Both the position numbers and the translations under genes were made by a program. DNA of 64,000 nucleotides from Nemertoderma westbladi (Eukaryota > Animalia > Xenacoelomorpha), in assembly GCA_032718475.1 (NCBI GenBank), contig JAUCBJ010005774.1:19472-83471 (forward strand). The letters are read 5' to 3'. The notes below the pieces were generated by a model. It searched no databases. It worked only from the letters and a program-made list of their open reading frames with translations, and was not told the DNA's origin. Within the stretch, counting starts at the first letter, position 1; each line of letters opens with the position of its first letter. Shown in pieces: positions 12,901-26,086 of the stretch.

Positions 12901-15900
12901 ATTGCCGGTTTTTACTACACATACAAAGAACCCTAAGTTGTGTAATTCAACTGGTAATGCCGTTATTACTGTATTACAGAGGCGTGATATGATATAACTA
13001 ATTTACAATAATGACTGCCAGTTTTTCACAGAACCACAGATTTACAATAATGACTGCCAGTTTATCACAGAACCACAGATTTACAATAATGATTGCCAGT
13101 TTATCACAGAAGCACAGATTTACAATAATGACTGCCAGTTTATCACAGAAGCACAGATTTACAATAATGACTGCCAGTTTATCACAGAAGCACAGATTTA
13201 CAATAATGACTGCCAGTTTATCACAGAACCACAGATTTACAATAATGACTGCCAGTTTATCACAGAAGCACAGATTTACAATAATGACTGCCAGTTTATC
13301 ACAGAACCACAGATTTACAATAATGACTGCCAGTTTATCACAGAACCACAGATTTACAATAATGACTGCCAGTTTATCACAGAAGCACAGATTTACAATA
13401 ATGACTGCCAGTTTATCACAGAACCACATATTTACAATAATGACTGCCAGTTTATCACAGAACCACAGATTTACAATAATGACTGCCAGTTTATCACAGA
13501 AGCACAGATTTACAATAATGACTGCCAGTTTATCACAGAAGCACAGATTTATAATAATGACTGCCAGTTTATCACAGAAGCACAGATTTACAATAATGAC
13601 TGCCAGTTTATCACAGAACCACAGATTTACAATAATGACTGCCAGTTTATCACAGAAGCACAGATTTACAATAATGACTGCCAGTTTATCACAGAACCAC
13701 AGATTTACAATAATGACTGCCAGTTTATCACAGAAGCACAGATTTACAATAATGACTGCCAGTTTATCACAGAACCACAGATTTACAATAATGACTGCCA
13801 GTTTATCACAGAACCACAGATTTACAATAATGACTGCCAGTTTATCACAGAAGCACAGATTTACAATAATGACTGCCAGTTTATCACAGAAGCACAGATT
13901 TACAATAATATAACTGCCAGTTTATCACAGAAGCACAGATTTACAATAATAACTTCCAGTTTATCACAGAACCACAGATTTACAATAATAACTGCCAGTT
14001 TATCACAGAACTACAGAATTACAATAATGACTGCCAGTTGTTTATCACAGAACCACAGATTTACAATAATGACTGCCAGTTTATCACAGAACCACAGATT
14101 TACAATAATGACTGCCAGTTTATCACAGAACCACAGATTTACAATAATGACTGCCAGTTTATCACAGAACCACAGATTTACAATAATGACTGCCAGTTAT
14201 CACAGAACCACAGATTTACAATAATAACTGCCAGTTTATCATAGAACCACAGATTTACAAACTAATAACTGCCAGTTTGTATATGTAAATATAAAAAGTA
14301 AATATATATAATCAAAACATAATTTTAAATTATTAATTAAACTTGGTTAAAATTAATTAATTTATATAAATTAATTGAAATGAATTATCTAATATGGCTG
14401 AAAAGAAGACAAATGATATTAAAATTAATAATCAAAACACTATTTTGTTGATCATCAACTAAAATTAATTAGGATATCCATAATTCTAAATGAATTTAAT
14501 ATTTTCCTATATACTTAGCCGTGTGTATCCAATGTGTATGTAGAGTAATTGTATGCATTGGCCATAGGCCGTAAGCGTAGGGTAGGGTGTAGGGATTAGA
14601 TAAGGCTTTCACCCCCTCCCCCCATATCTCCATGTTGTAACATTGAGCTTCATGTGTGCCCTGAATGTCCTGTGCTCCTAACCAAACATTATTTTTTTGA
14701 TAACCACAGGTTTATAAGTTTCTTTTGCTCTTTATAACCACAGGTTAGTACGTTTTAACCGTGGGTTTTTCTTTTATAACCATTGGTTATAAATAAATTA
14801 AAGCTTCAGTTTATTAAAATTACCGCCAGTTTTCTCAAATAAAACCGCCAGTTGACTGTTAATTAAACGGCGGTTTCGTAAAAACTAGTTTATTTGGTTG
14901 CCGTTTTACCTGTGGTTTTTTGAGAAAACCGGCAGTTTTAAATAGTTGAAACGCCAGTTACCAGCAGTAAACCATAGGTTAATAAATGCCGATTAAGTAT
15001 TCGACCGGGAATTTGCGTTAAACCAGAACCTGAGGTTACAGAAACCGGCAGTTCCTTGCGATAAAAAATACCAGAGGTTTTACAACGCATTTTTAGGTTC
15101 TAAACAACTGGGGGTTATGGAACCGCCGGTTTTACGAGAGATAATCAACCCCCGGTTTGCACAACTGCCAGTTCTTGGCAACGTTTATTTACCGCCGGTT
15201 TGTAAAAACAACCTGCGGTGGTTTTCGTTGCAAAACAACCCCAGGTAGTTCTTGCAAACCGGCAGTTTTTTAACAAAATACCACCACTTACTTTTTTCAG
15301 TGTACAGGAGCTACAACCTCTATGAACGTATTATAGTTCTAGCAGAATCAACAAACTGCTAACCGAACTTATAGCCAATAAACACAGGTATTACATATTT
15401 TTAACAAAAACAAATAATATATTTCGCTTTTTATGCCTCAACTACCAACAACGATTCGTATGAAGGCATATAAACTGTAGTATTTGTGATTGAGCCTAAA
15501 ACTTATGGTTTATAATAAATACTTGTCTCGGCTGATGAGGAGTTAATACTCATTTATACCCAGCTGCCAATAACAAAAAGACGATAATTATTTATGTAAT
15601 ACTGTAAATATAAGATACATAGAGAGCTAGGGACAACGCAGATATTATACAATATCGGTCCTTACAGATATAATGGCAGCTTGGGGTCATCTGATAAAAC
15701 TTCTAGAAGGTTAAACATTTCGAAAGGGTAACTAACCACTTCGAACAGGTTCAATATTGTGTATAGTGAAAGTGAAGTAAAAACAATCCCTTCAACATTA
15801 TACAGCAGTCTGGCATTTGTCAATAACGAGGGTGTCCCTTCGCATCTAAATTTTGTCTTTCATATTTTACATAATGCACATAAATTCAAACGATGTTGTA

Positions 15901-18900
15901 CACTCAGAAAACGCTCAAAAATACTAAGTTGTGTGCACAAAATCTGAAATGTTCTACGCTCAAAATTATAAGTTGAGATTGAGATAATTTATTGCACAAT
16001 AATAATTGTCGACAGTGTAAGTATACAGACAGACATACCGGTAATATTGCAATTAATATAAATACTGCATTTTATGGTTAAAACTTACCTTTATAAAAAA
16101 ATTGTATTCCAAAATTGTAACATTGCTCAACGCCGTTAGTATTAACAGCGAGTTTTTATTTAGGGTTACAGGACAAGTTGTATCCAGACAAGTTGTATCC
16201 AGACAAGTTGTATCCAGACAAGTTGTATCCAGACATCTTGTATCCAATTTTCCTGGATACAACTTGTCTTCCAAAAAAAGGACAAGTTGTATCCCGGCAT
16301 AAAAAAATTGCTAAATAATTTCACAGTTGAATTATAAACTATTCTTATAATTTTCATTAATACTGTAGTTAATAAACATAATATACAATACACATAATAA
16401 TACATGATAACATTGTTACTAAAACTAAACTAAAACGTTACACAAAGTTATTAGCCAAAATGTTACACGGAGTTATTTGAAGTCCTTGTCCATTTCAGAG
16501 TCACTTACGTTGATATTTGAAAACAATGACTTTCTTCTCTTTAATAACTCTATGTTCTCGCCGACACCAATGAGAAAGCTCTCCACAGTGCGCTGTTGGT
16601 TGGTAATCTCAGTGCAGAGCGTTTTTATGCGTCTATCAAATGTTTTAGATTCTAAAGTTTCTCGACGTGGCTCTAGCTGTCCAACTGCGGCCCGAGCAAG
16701 TTGACATTGGACATCAGCATCTTTCGCTTTTAGAGCATCAATAAGTTTCCACACAGAAGGGTGCTTACTTCCTATAATGGTAGAAATATCACGATTAACA
16801 GCCTCGGAAGCATTGTTAGTTCTGCCAAAGTCATTTAATGTGGCTGCATGAACATTCCACTTCTCAACTGCAAATAAGGGTCCCGCAGAACGTATCTTCG
16901 AGACAAGGCCATTGCTGTCGCTACGAATACGTCGAGGTCCACTCAGATAGGTTCGGTCGAAGTAGGTTAACAGTTCGGCGCCTTCCCTGGGGGCAATGTC
17001 TTGTATTATGCGGAACCCATCTTTCACTTTATCTGTTGGCAGCAAAGCAAGTGAAGAAATCTTGGAGGCCCATAACCTAAACTCCAAATTGGACTGATAG
17101 TGAGATTTCAATCCAAGCTCTTGAATGCGCTTGTTAATCGCTTGCCGGAGATGGAAGTAACAGAAAACAAACGTCACACTGTCGCCGAAAGCCGCAATGA
17201 TTGCGTTGTGTGCCGCCTTCTCAAAGTCCACGTGGACAACCGAAGGTGAAGCCCCTTGCATGGCGATCACATTGAATAACTCCGAGTAAGTAGTTTCTGT
17301 TTTGCGTTCGAGAAATGCATAAAGCAGTGGCAGCATACGAGTGTACACCTTGGCACAGACTATATATAACTGGTAAAACGGTTTGGGAGCGATTGCAAAT
17401 GTGCCATCAACTCCCCATTCTGACGAACTACGTAGAAATTTCATAGATTCATCGGTCCAGAATACCACAATTCTCTCATCAGCATTGACACCATTGTCAT
17501 ATTGGAGGAACTTTCCTCCATTATCTGAAGTTATAAAATCTATGATGGAGTCACCATGGAATGAGAGTTCCTTTAGTGATTTCGGATCCGGGGGAAGGTA
17601 GCGTGATCTTACACGACGTATCTGCCGCAGCAGTGATGAACGTTGCGGCAAACTGGTGTGCAACTTTGAATCAAGATCCCGAAGTGAGGAACAATAGATT
17701 TGGGTGGGTTTGGTATGGGATGATGAGGCCTGGTCCGCTATTCTCTGTCGGAATGCTGACAATTCCACAATCGGAGAATCGATACAGTTATGGGGATTAC
17801 TAGTAATGACTTCGGTTGAGTGTGGAGTCAATGTCTTTACGGAACCAATACAGTGGGGTCGTTTGGTACAAACCCACATTTCAGACCCATCCTTGTTGGT
17901 TTTCCGTTTGGAATACATTTTGCCATCATGGCAAAGTTTAGAATTACCGTGTATAGTTTTTTGATACACGGCCATGGAGTTTTTTGATACAAGGAAGAAT
18001 GTATTGGTACAATAACTAAAAATTAATTAATTAAAATGTAATTTACAAATTGAACATATAATCGAGATCGCTAAAATATTAAACTGTTACTACATGGATT
18101 TACAGTTGATATTCATGATGCAGTGTCATTTGTTTGACCTCCTCTACATATTCATGATGCAGTGTCATTTGTTTGACCTCCATTACACAATGCTATTAAA
18201 GTGAGAAATCCTGATTGGAGAAAGAAAGAAATGCTCTGAACTAATTAATCGTATAATGTACGTACAGTATTATGATTATGGATCGCCTAGTTAATTATAT
18301 TATTCAATAGGATAGAATTACAGTTAATTTACAACGTAAATAAGTTGGATACAACATGTCCGAAAATCGGGATACAAAATGTCCTTTTGTAAGCTAAGAA
18401 TAGGAAATTGGATACAACTTGTCTGGATACAACTTGTCTGGATACAACCTGTCCGTTTACCTTTATTTAGCACTTTACAACTTTAGAGGACATTACAGCA
18501 TTGTATTGGCCTATACGTTTAGTATTGAATTTGGTGTTATTGTTTACGTGGTAACCCATGACGGCGTTAAGTAATGCCCACTACGGGGACATTACTTAAC
18601 GCCGTCATTGGATACCACGTAAACAATAGGTGGAAATTTGCCTGACAGCCAGATAGGCCTACTGCGTTACCTACCGGTAGGCGGGGTATAGCTATTAAAC
18701 CAGTAGGGCCTAGCTATATTATTATAACATGGCTCCAAACGCCACCATAAATTTTGACGGTCTGAGTGACCCTGTAAAGCATTCTAAAAGCTAAAAATAT
18801 GTTATAACCATTAGTCAAACAGAGAGTCCATGTTTAAAATGTTAAAATAAAACTAAAAACATCACGCAGTTACTTCAATATCAAAAAAACAAATGGACCG

Positions 18901-21900
18901 ATCAAGAACTAAGTTGTGGGCACATAATACTACATTGTGGGCTCAAAATATTAAATTGTGTTTAATTGTTTTAATTATTAATAATAAATGTAATATTTTA
19001 TTCGATAAAAAGATACATAACCATAATTAGTAACATTTAGCGTCTGAATAAGTAACACATCGCCTTACTCACAATGAAACCGAAAGTAATTTATGAATCT
19101 CTAGCTGATTGTTCTGAGATTCTTCCTTCCTTCGGAGAAGGTATTCGTAAAGAATTTTGTCTGGCGTTTAACGAAATGACTTTCTGTAACCACGGCTCCT
19201 ATGGTGTCTGCCCTGAACGAGTCCTCAATTATAAAAATCAGCTGATTGATTTAATGGAGAATCGACCTGATTGTTTTTATCACTATGGTAATACATGCCG
19301 CGACCTATATGACGATTCTTTAGAAAGAACTGCCTCGTTTCTTAATTCCGACAAAAAAGACGTCGTTTTTGTAGCCAACACTACTACTGGAATCAATACA
19401 ATTCTGAGAAGTATACCGCTGGATTTCAATAGTGTAATATTGATGCAATCATACACATATGCATCCACGGCCTGTACTATAGATGAAGTAGCTCTCAAAC
19501 ACCATGCGGACGTTACTAAATTAGATGTCCATTTACCAATCAAATCCGAAGAGGAAATCGTAGACCTTTACTACAAGACGTGCTCCGATAACAGATCTAT
19601 AACAGTTGTAGTATTGGACTACATCAGTAGTTGTTCTGCGATTTTATGGCCGGTGGTCAGAATCGCTGAGGCTTTAAGGGAGTTGAACGTGGTCATTGTA
19701 GTGGACGGAGCTCACAGCCCCGGACAAATACCTGTAGACCTCAAAGAAATGGAAGAGGCTGGAGTTGATTTCTACGTTGGAAATTTACACAAGTGGGCGT
19801 TTGCGCCTCGAGGGTGCGCTGTCATGTGGGTACGGCCGGAGTACCAAACAGCTGTTAAACCTCTAGTTACCAGTTTCCAATTGGAAACTTTTCAGGACAA
19901 GTTTTTCGATCAAGGCACTCAGGACCTCAGTAACTACCTGAGCGCTTCAGCAGGACTCGACTTCCATAAATCCATCGGTGGGTTTAACGCCATTCACGGA
20001 TACGTCGAGCCTCTAATCTCTTGGGCTCAGGAGATGATAGCAGAAGCCTTGGGAACCGATAAACTAGAGATACCGAGGAGTATGGAAGCTCCTTGTATGA
20101 GAATGATAGAGATTCCTGGAGACCCAATGCCGCATGAGGAAGAAATTGAATTAAATAACTCAATTATGGACAAATACCAAGTAGTAATGCAATGGTTTTA
20201 TTCGTTCAATGGACGACGATGGTTGAGGATATCCGCGAGTGTTTATAGTAAGAGAGAAGATTTCATTGAGTTGAAAGATGCTCTTGTTGAAAGTCTGCTG
20301 CTCCCACAAAAATTAGAAGTGGAAACCGAGCCTGTGCACTACCGGAGGGGTAGAAGGCAGTCCCTGCGACCGTGAACAAAACATATTCCTATGGATTTAT
20401 TTATTTATTATATATTTTTGGCTATCTTTCTGGCCCGTGTTATTGAGTAGGTTGTATTTCAACTCTCAATTATATCTTACTGTATTCGAATAATTCGCAA
20501 AGTGCTGATAATGTCTTGCCCTTTATAATTAGGGGTAGTTATATGAGTAATAATTGTATTTATTTCTAGTGAAGTTTAAGTCGCATATACATTATTATAA
20601 TATATTCGCAGGGCACTGCTTATCCAAATAACCATTTATAGCTCCAGGTGGAAGTAATCTCCATGTTGTAACGCCCTTTAGGTTGTTACAGTATGTAATT
20701 CAATTTATCTTGTAATAACACTATATCGTTCTATCTTTTATTAAAGAATTGAGGAACAAAAAAAGTACCAATTTAAGAATAAAATTACGTTAAATGGGAA
20801 AAAAAACGAAGACACATTTTTTTTAAATATTCTCTCGACCCTTTATTAACCTCGCTAATATTTATGTTTTTAATGCTCTCTTGGGTTTTTTCGCATGAAA
20901 ACAAACTAGATAAATAATAATTAACCCAATCCCCATTACCTCATTTAATTCATGAATGACTGTGACGTCACCACGTACCTTGGACTCGGTCGATGCTGAA
21001 ATGTCCTCCACCATCACCGCCGACAATTTCGTAGAAAATCTCTGCGTTCACGCCGATATCCGCGCTCGTTGCCATGACTACGGCGACCCGGGTCCCTGGC
21101 AACGCGTCCTCAGACACGGTGACGTCATACTGAAGGAGTTCGAACTGGGGAGGAGAATCGTTGACGTCCAGAACCTGCGAATGGTGACGTCAGATAAAGT
21201 TAAATATAAACAATAAATAAGTAAGTAAAGTTTGGATGAAACAGAAATTGGAGAGGAAAAAAATGTGGAATTCGCCGTCGACTGGAATCGAACCCGTGAC
21301 TACCGGCTTCAGTCTCAACCAGGGGGGGGGGGGGGGGGGGGGGGTCTATCCTTGACTGCGTTATTCGTAATAAATAGTTAATACCTCCAAGTCGACATTT
21401 TGTTACGCAGTTATTGAAATTGTTAGATTACGAATGCAGCGGTTGCATACAATGTACTGCTATTAGTGTACAGGTATTTAATATGTGCTTGACTACTGAC
21501 TTTATACGGATAGCAGGTTTAGCGAGCAGTATGGCAATCAATCCGATCGTCACATCTGCTAACCTCCAAAATATATAAAATAAAAGATATAAGTTAAATC
21601 ATATACATTTCTATTGCGCGGACACTTTATATCCCGCCGGTAAATAAAGTTCAGTGGGGTATGAGGGAAAATAAAGTTGCAATAAAAGGGAATTTTAAGG
21701 AATAACAATTTTTAGTTTAAAAAGATTACCATAAAAACGTTCGACCGTCGTAAGAAAACAAAATACATCATAGCATAAACATTTCCAATTTATCTAAATA
21801 TAATCTTATTAATTAAATAATTGATTCCGACCTGTATAATAATATTAGTTGTCGAGGTCAATCTTGCGGGCAGCCCGTTGTCTATAGCTTCAACTGAAAG

Positions 21901-24900
21901 GTTATACAGCTGGCGAGTCTCGCGGTCCAACATCCGTGTGAGGGAGATGATTCCGGACGAGTAATCCACCGAGAATGTGGATAACGCTTCCTCGTCGTTG
22001 GAGGGCGTAGGAGAAAATCGGTACGCCACCTGGCGATCCATCCCTGAATCCAATACAAAACAATTAAAATTATAATAATAAGTTAATTAAATCAAGGGAA
22101 AGTATTGGAGATTGATATTGTCACTAGATTTACGTTCATATATTTTCGATCAAAATTATCTTAAATGTTTCGAGTTTTGCAGGAGAGTCGGGTTGGTTGT
22201 AATCTTTAATTGTCTTCCCTGCATCACCAATGGGAAAAGAACTTAGGGCAACGGGATTGGTTATATCACAAACTCGAAACTCATAGGACTAAGAAACCTA
22301 CTAAACCACTTTTTACCTGCCAAATTAATGCGGCGGTATTTTGTTTGAAGTTGGAATTTGGCTATCACGCTTGAAAAAAAGCGATTATAAAATTAAATAT
22401 TAAATAATTAGAAACAATTAAGTCGCTACCTTATATAACTTTACAACATTTTTGTTATAGTTTTAATTTATTATTAGTATATTATGGTTATGTAGGTCAT
22501 GATCATATGTCATGTGGGGCATTAAGTATATTGTATTAATGTACAGTAGGCCCACATAGACCCATCAAAACCTAAACAAAAGCTGAAAGAACCTGCGGGC
22601 TTCTAGACACAAAATTCAGTTACCTTCACGCTAAATGACTATAATTATTAAACATTTAAAGGATAAACAGAGGATGTCAAAATATATCGTGTTATAGCGC
22701 ATTTCCGCTGAATGAAAAGTCCCTCAGTCTCCTTACGTCTGCTAATGTCTTCTTAGGGGCTCCGTAAATACTGGGAAAATATTATCTCTAGAAAAGGTTG
22801 AAACTAAGGAGATGAAAATATCTAATTGAACTGCAGTTCAACAGCTTGTAAATATATTTACCGAATAGATTATTCTTAGATCTAAGTAAAAATGACTCCA
22901 AACAGACAAAGTACCCAACACAAAAAACATTATTATATTACACATTGAGAAACCAATTAAGTTTAAAAAAAGTTAAGAAAATGCTTATTGATAGTAAAAA
23001 TGTGTTAGCAAGCTGGATGTAGCTGTAGCTGTGTAGCTGTATGCAAGCTGTAAGAAAATGCTTGTTTGAACAAATTGTTAATATTTTTAGAAGACTGTTG
23101 GAGCTTTTTGCTGTAAAAAAACCGTCTGTTTGTGTCTGTCTGTTTGTCCGTATGTGCACATTGATATTGAGTTGAATTTTGAATTTTTCTTGGTAAAGTC
23201 TGATTTCACCGGTACCTGTCATCAGAAATTTGGATTGTGATATATCGTTGGGTGTCGTTCACCAAACTGTACAGATCGTTTCTCGAGATATCATCAATTT
23301 ACATTTAATTAAAAGACCGTTAGGGCTTACTTGTTGAGAGGTAAAGTATATATATGTGCTGCTATAACTCTGTCAAACTGTCCTTCTTAGGGGCTGACGG
23401 TCTTCCTATAGCCAGCTTGCTGGATCTCTAGTTAATTAAAAGTGAAAGTAAAATTGACTAACCTTATTCAAACATAAATATATTAAATTCCCACTGCCTC
23501 AAAATTCTACCATTAATATTTATTAATTAACAATAAAATTTATTGTATTTACATGTACAAGGAACTTACTATTCATATTGTTAAAGTATATTTTTACCAA
23601 ACTGTCAAAATGATGACCAATCTAAATGAAGCTTGTCTGACTCCCAATGAGAGAGAAGAAAAACCTAAAAGTTTGATTAAACGTTATAAATGTTGTCTGA
23701 TAGCATTGGTTGTTGTTATGGTAACCTTTGTTATTGGCATTCTCATTGGTTACTTCAGTCACCCCCGTTATCCTCTCCACTACAAGGCCTATACAGGGGT
23801 AGAGAGTTGGGTGCGTAATCGGTTGCTTAGTGATATAGACGCCTACCGACTCAAGTTTATCAACAAAGAGATGTCGAAGAAGCCCCATCTGGCGGGAACT
23901 TTGGGTAATCGCGATTTGGCTGACTACGTCGCAGGGAAGTGGAACCGGGCTGGTTTGGATCATGTTGAGATCAAGAAGTACAATGTTCTGTTGTCCTACC
24001 CAAAACAACCCGGGAGTGTTAAGTTCTCTGGAGATTCCAATCTAGACTTCACAGTGGAGAATGAGAGATCAATAGGATTGGAGGAGATTGACTCTGATAC
24101 TGTACTCCCATATGCTGCATATTCCCCTTCTGGCACTGTTACTGGTGATGTTATATACGTTAATTACGGGAGAGCGGAAGATTTCGACTTCCTTAAACAG
24201 TTAGGAATTAACCCCGATGGAAAGATTTGTGTGGCTCGATTCGGCAGGGGTTTCCGTGGTGTCAAGGCGCACGAAGCTGCTGCGAGGAAGTGTGTTGGAC
24301 TTATTGTCTACTCGGACCCGCAGGGAGTTGCCCCCGGCAACCCACCCCCCTCGGCCCTCCACCCAGACGGAGTCTACCTACCCCCGACCGGGGTACAACG
24401 AGGTACCTACAATCTACACACCGGAGATCCCCAGACACCAGGATTCCCGTCTACCGATTACGCGTACAGGAAAACGAATACCTCAAATGTATTTCCTTCC
24501 ATTCCAGTTATCCCTATGGGCTACGGACAGGCTAAAATAGTTCTAGAACAACTAAAACCTGGAAATGAGTCACTGCCTGCCTCATGGATAGGTGAGATTG
24601 CCGGGTTAAAGTATAATACTGGGCCTGGATATGGAACCACTAAAGGTAAAGTTACCATAGAAACAAATAACGAGAATGTAGTCAAAGAAATTTATAATGT
24701 AATTGGTTATATCTATGGATCAGTCGAGTCAGATCGTTATGTTATGATTGGTAGTCATAGAGACTCGTGGGTACGTGGTGCAATAGATGCTGGATCAGGG
24801 ACAACTTTACTAATGGAGTTGGCTCGGGTGTTTGGGGGGCTTAGGAAAGATGGCTGGTCTCCCAGACGCACTCTCATGTTTGAGTCGTGGGACGGAGAGG

Positions 24901-26032
24901 AATTTGGAATGATCGGATCAGCGGAATGGGTCGAGGAATATCAACAAGAGCTCGCCGCTCGCGGTGTGGCTTATATTAATGTGGACATGGCGGTTTGGGG
25001 CAACTACTCGGTACAAGTTAAAGCCACTGGCAATCTACAAGATGTAGTCACCAGCGCGGCTAATGAAATACAAACCCCGGAAGGGGAGAATTTCCGAGAT
25101 GTTTGGGCGAGGAGACAGCGGGAGCGGGATATGCGAAAACGAGGGAACAAGACCGTCCCAGGGGAGTATGGAGTATACCCTCACGTTTACACAGTGTCTG
25201 CGTCTTCCGATTTCGCGCATTTTATCAACTATGCCGGAGTATCAGTCATGGATCTGCAACTGCAAGCGGCACTAGTGCCAACCTACCACACCGCGTATGA
25301 CACACACCGCTACTTCGAGTTCATTGACCCAGAGTTCCATTACCACCGCATGATGGCGCAACTGGCGGGGTTCACTTTACTCCGCCTTGTAGATGACGTC
25401 ATACTCCCACTCAATGTAGATGGCTACGCAGCCACAGTGTTTCAGCTGATAAACGGGATTGATACTGATTATAAGATCACGAAGAATGTTTCAGAATGGT
25501 CTAAGGGTGGTATTTATAGCGATCTAGTTGAAAATTTAAAAGATTCACTGCAGAACCTGTCAGTAGCAGCAAGAAAGCTGGAGGCAACAAAGAAAACTAT
25601 AAACAAATACGATGCAATGGCAGTACGTCGCCTTAATGATAAGTTAAGTTCATTCGAACGCAACTTTATCATTCCTCTCGGTATTACAGGGAACCCAACC
25701 AAACGACACGTCGTGTATTCTGGGGGAGTTAATAACTACGGAAGTACCGGGTTTGCCGGAATATTGGACGCTTTCAAGCAATCAATTGAACACCCGGGAG
25801 ACATGGAAACGCGGGCGGAAACATTCAGACAGATTTCTCAAGTTATATTTGCTATAAACTCAGCTGCACACTCAATAATTACAGGTCCTCAATATTAGAA
25901 AGCAATAAGAGTTTAATGAACTTATTTCAATATAAATTCTAACAATGTGGGGCGAGCCACGCTGTCAGGGCGAGTCTTAGCGCACAATTATAATTAGTAA
26001 ATGGGGCAAAACTTCATGTCGTCTGTCTGTAG

Positions 26033-26086
<54 letters not shown>

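Larger units (their letters stand above)
12061..15302. mobile_element. Non-autonomous CACTA/CMC-EnSpm-like DNA transposon (CACTG...CAGTG)
   Basis: 18-bp TIR cactgaaaaaagtaagtg / cacttacttttttcagtg, TA on both flanks, many subterminal aaaccggcggttt-like palindromic motifs, internal tandem arrays, no transposase. Confidence 0.75.

Noticed and set aside
12998-14244. 300-aa and 143-aa repetitive ORFs (TIMTASLSQNHRF)n and (NLWFCDKLAVIIV)n
   Set aside because: By-products of a 39-bp stop-free unit inside a non-autonomous transposon; no unique coding flanks
1-18461. Shared ggtaaac between the two 23-bp arrays and the MULE terminus
   Set aside because: Only 7 bp in AT-rich DNA; the rest of the units is unrelated
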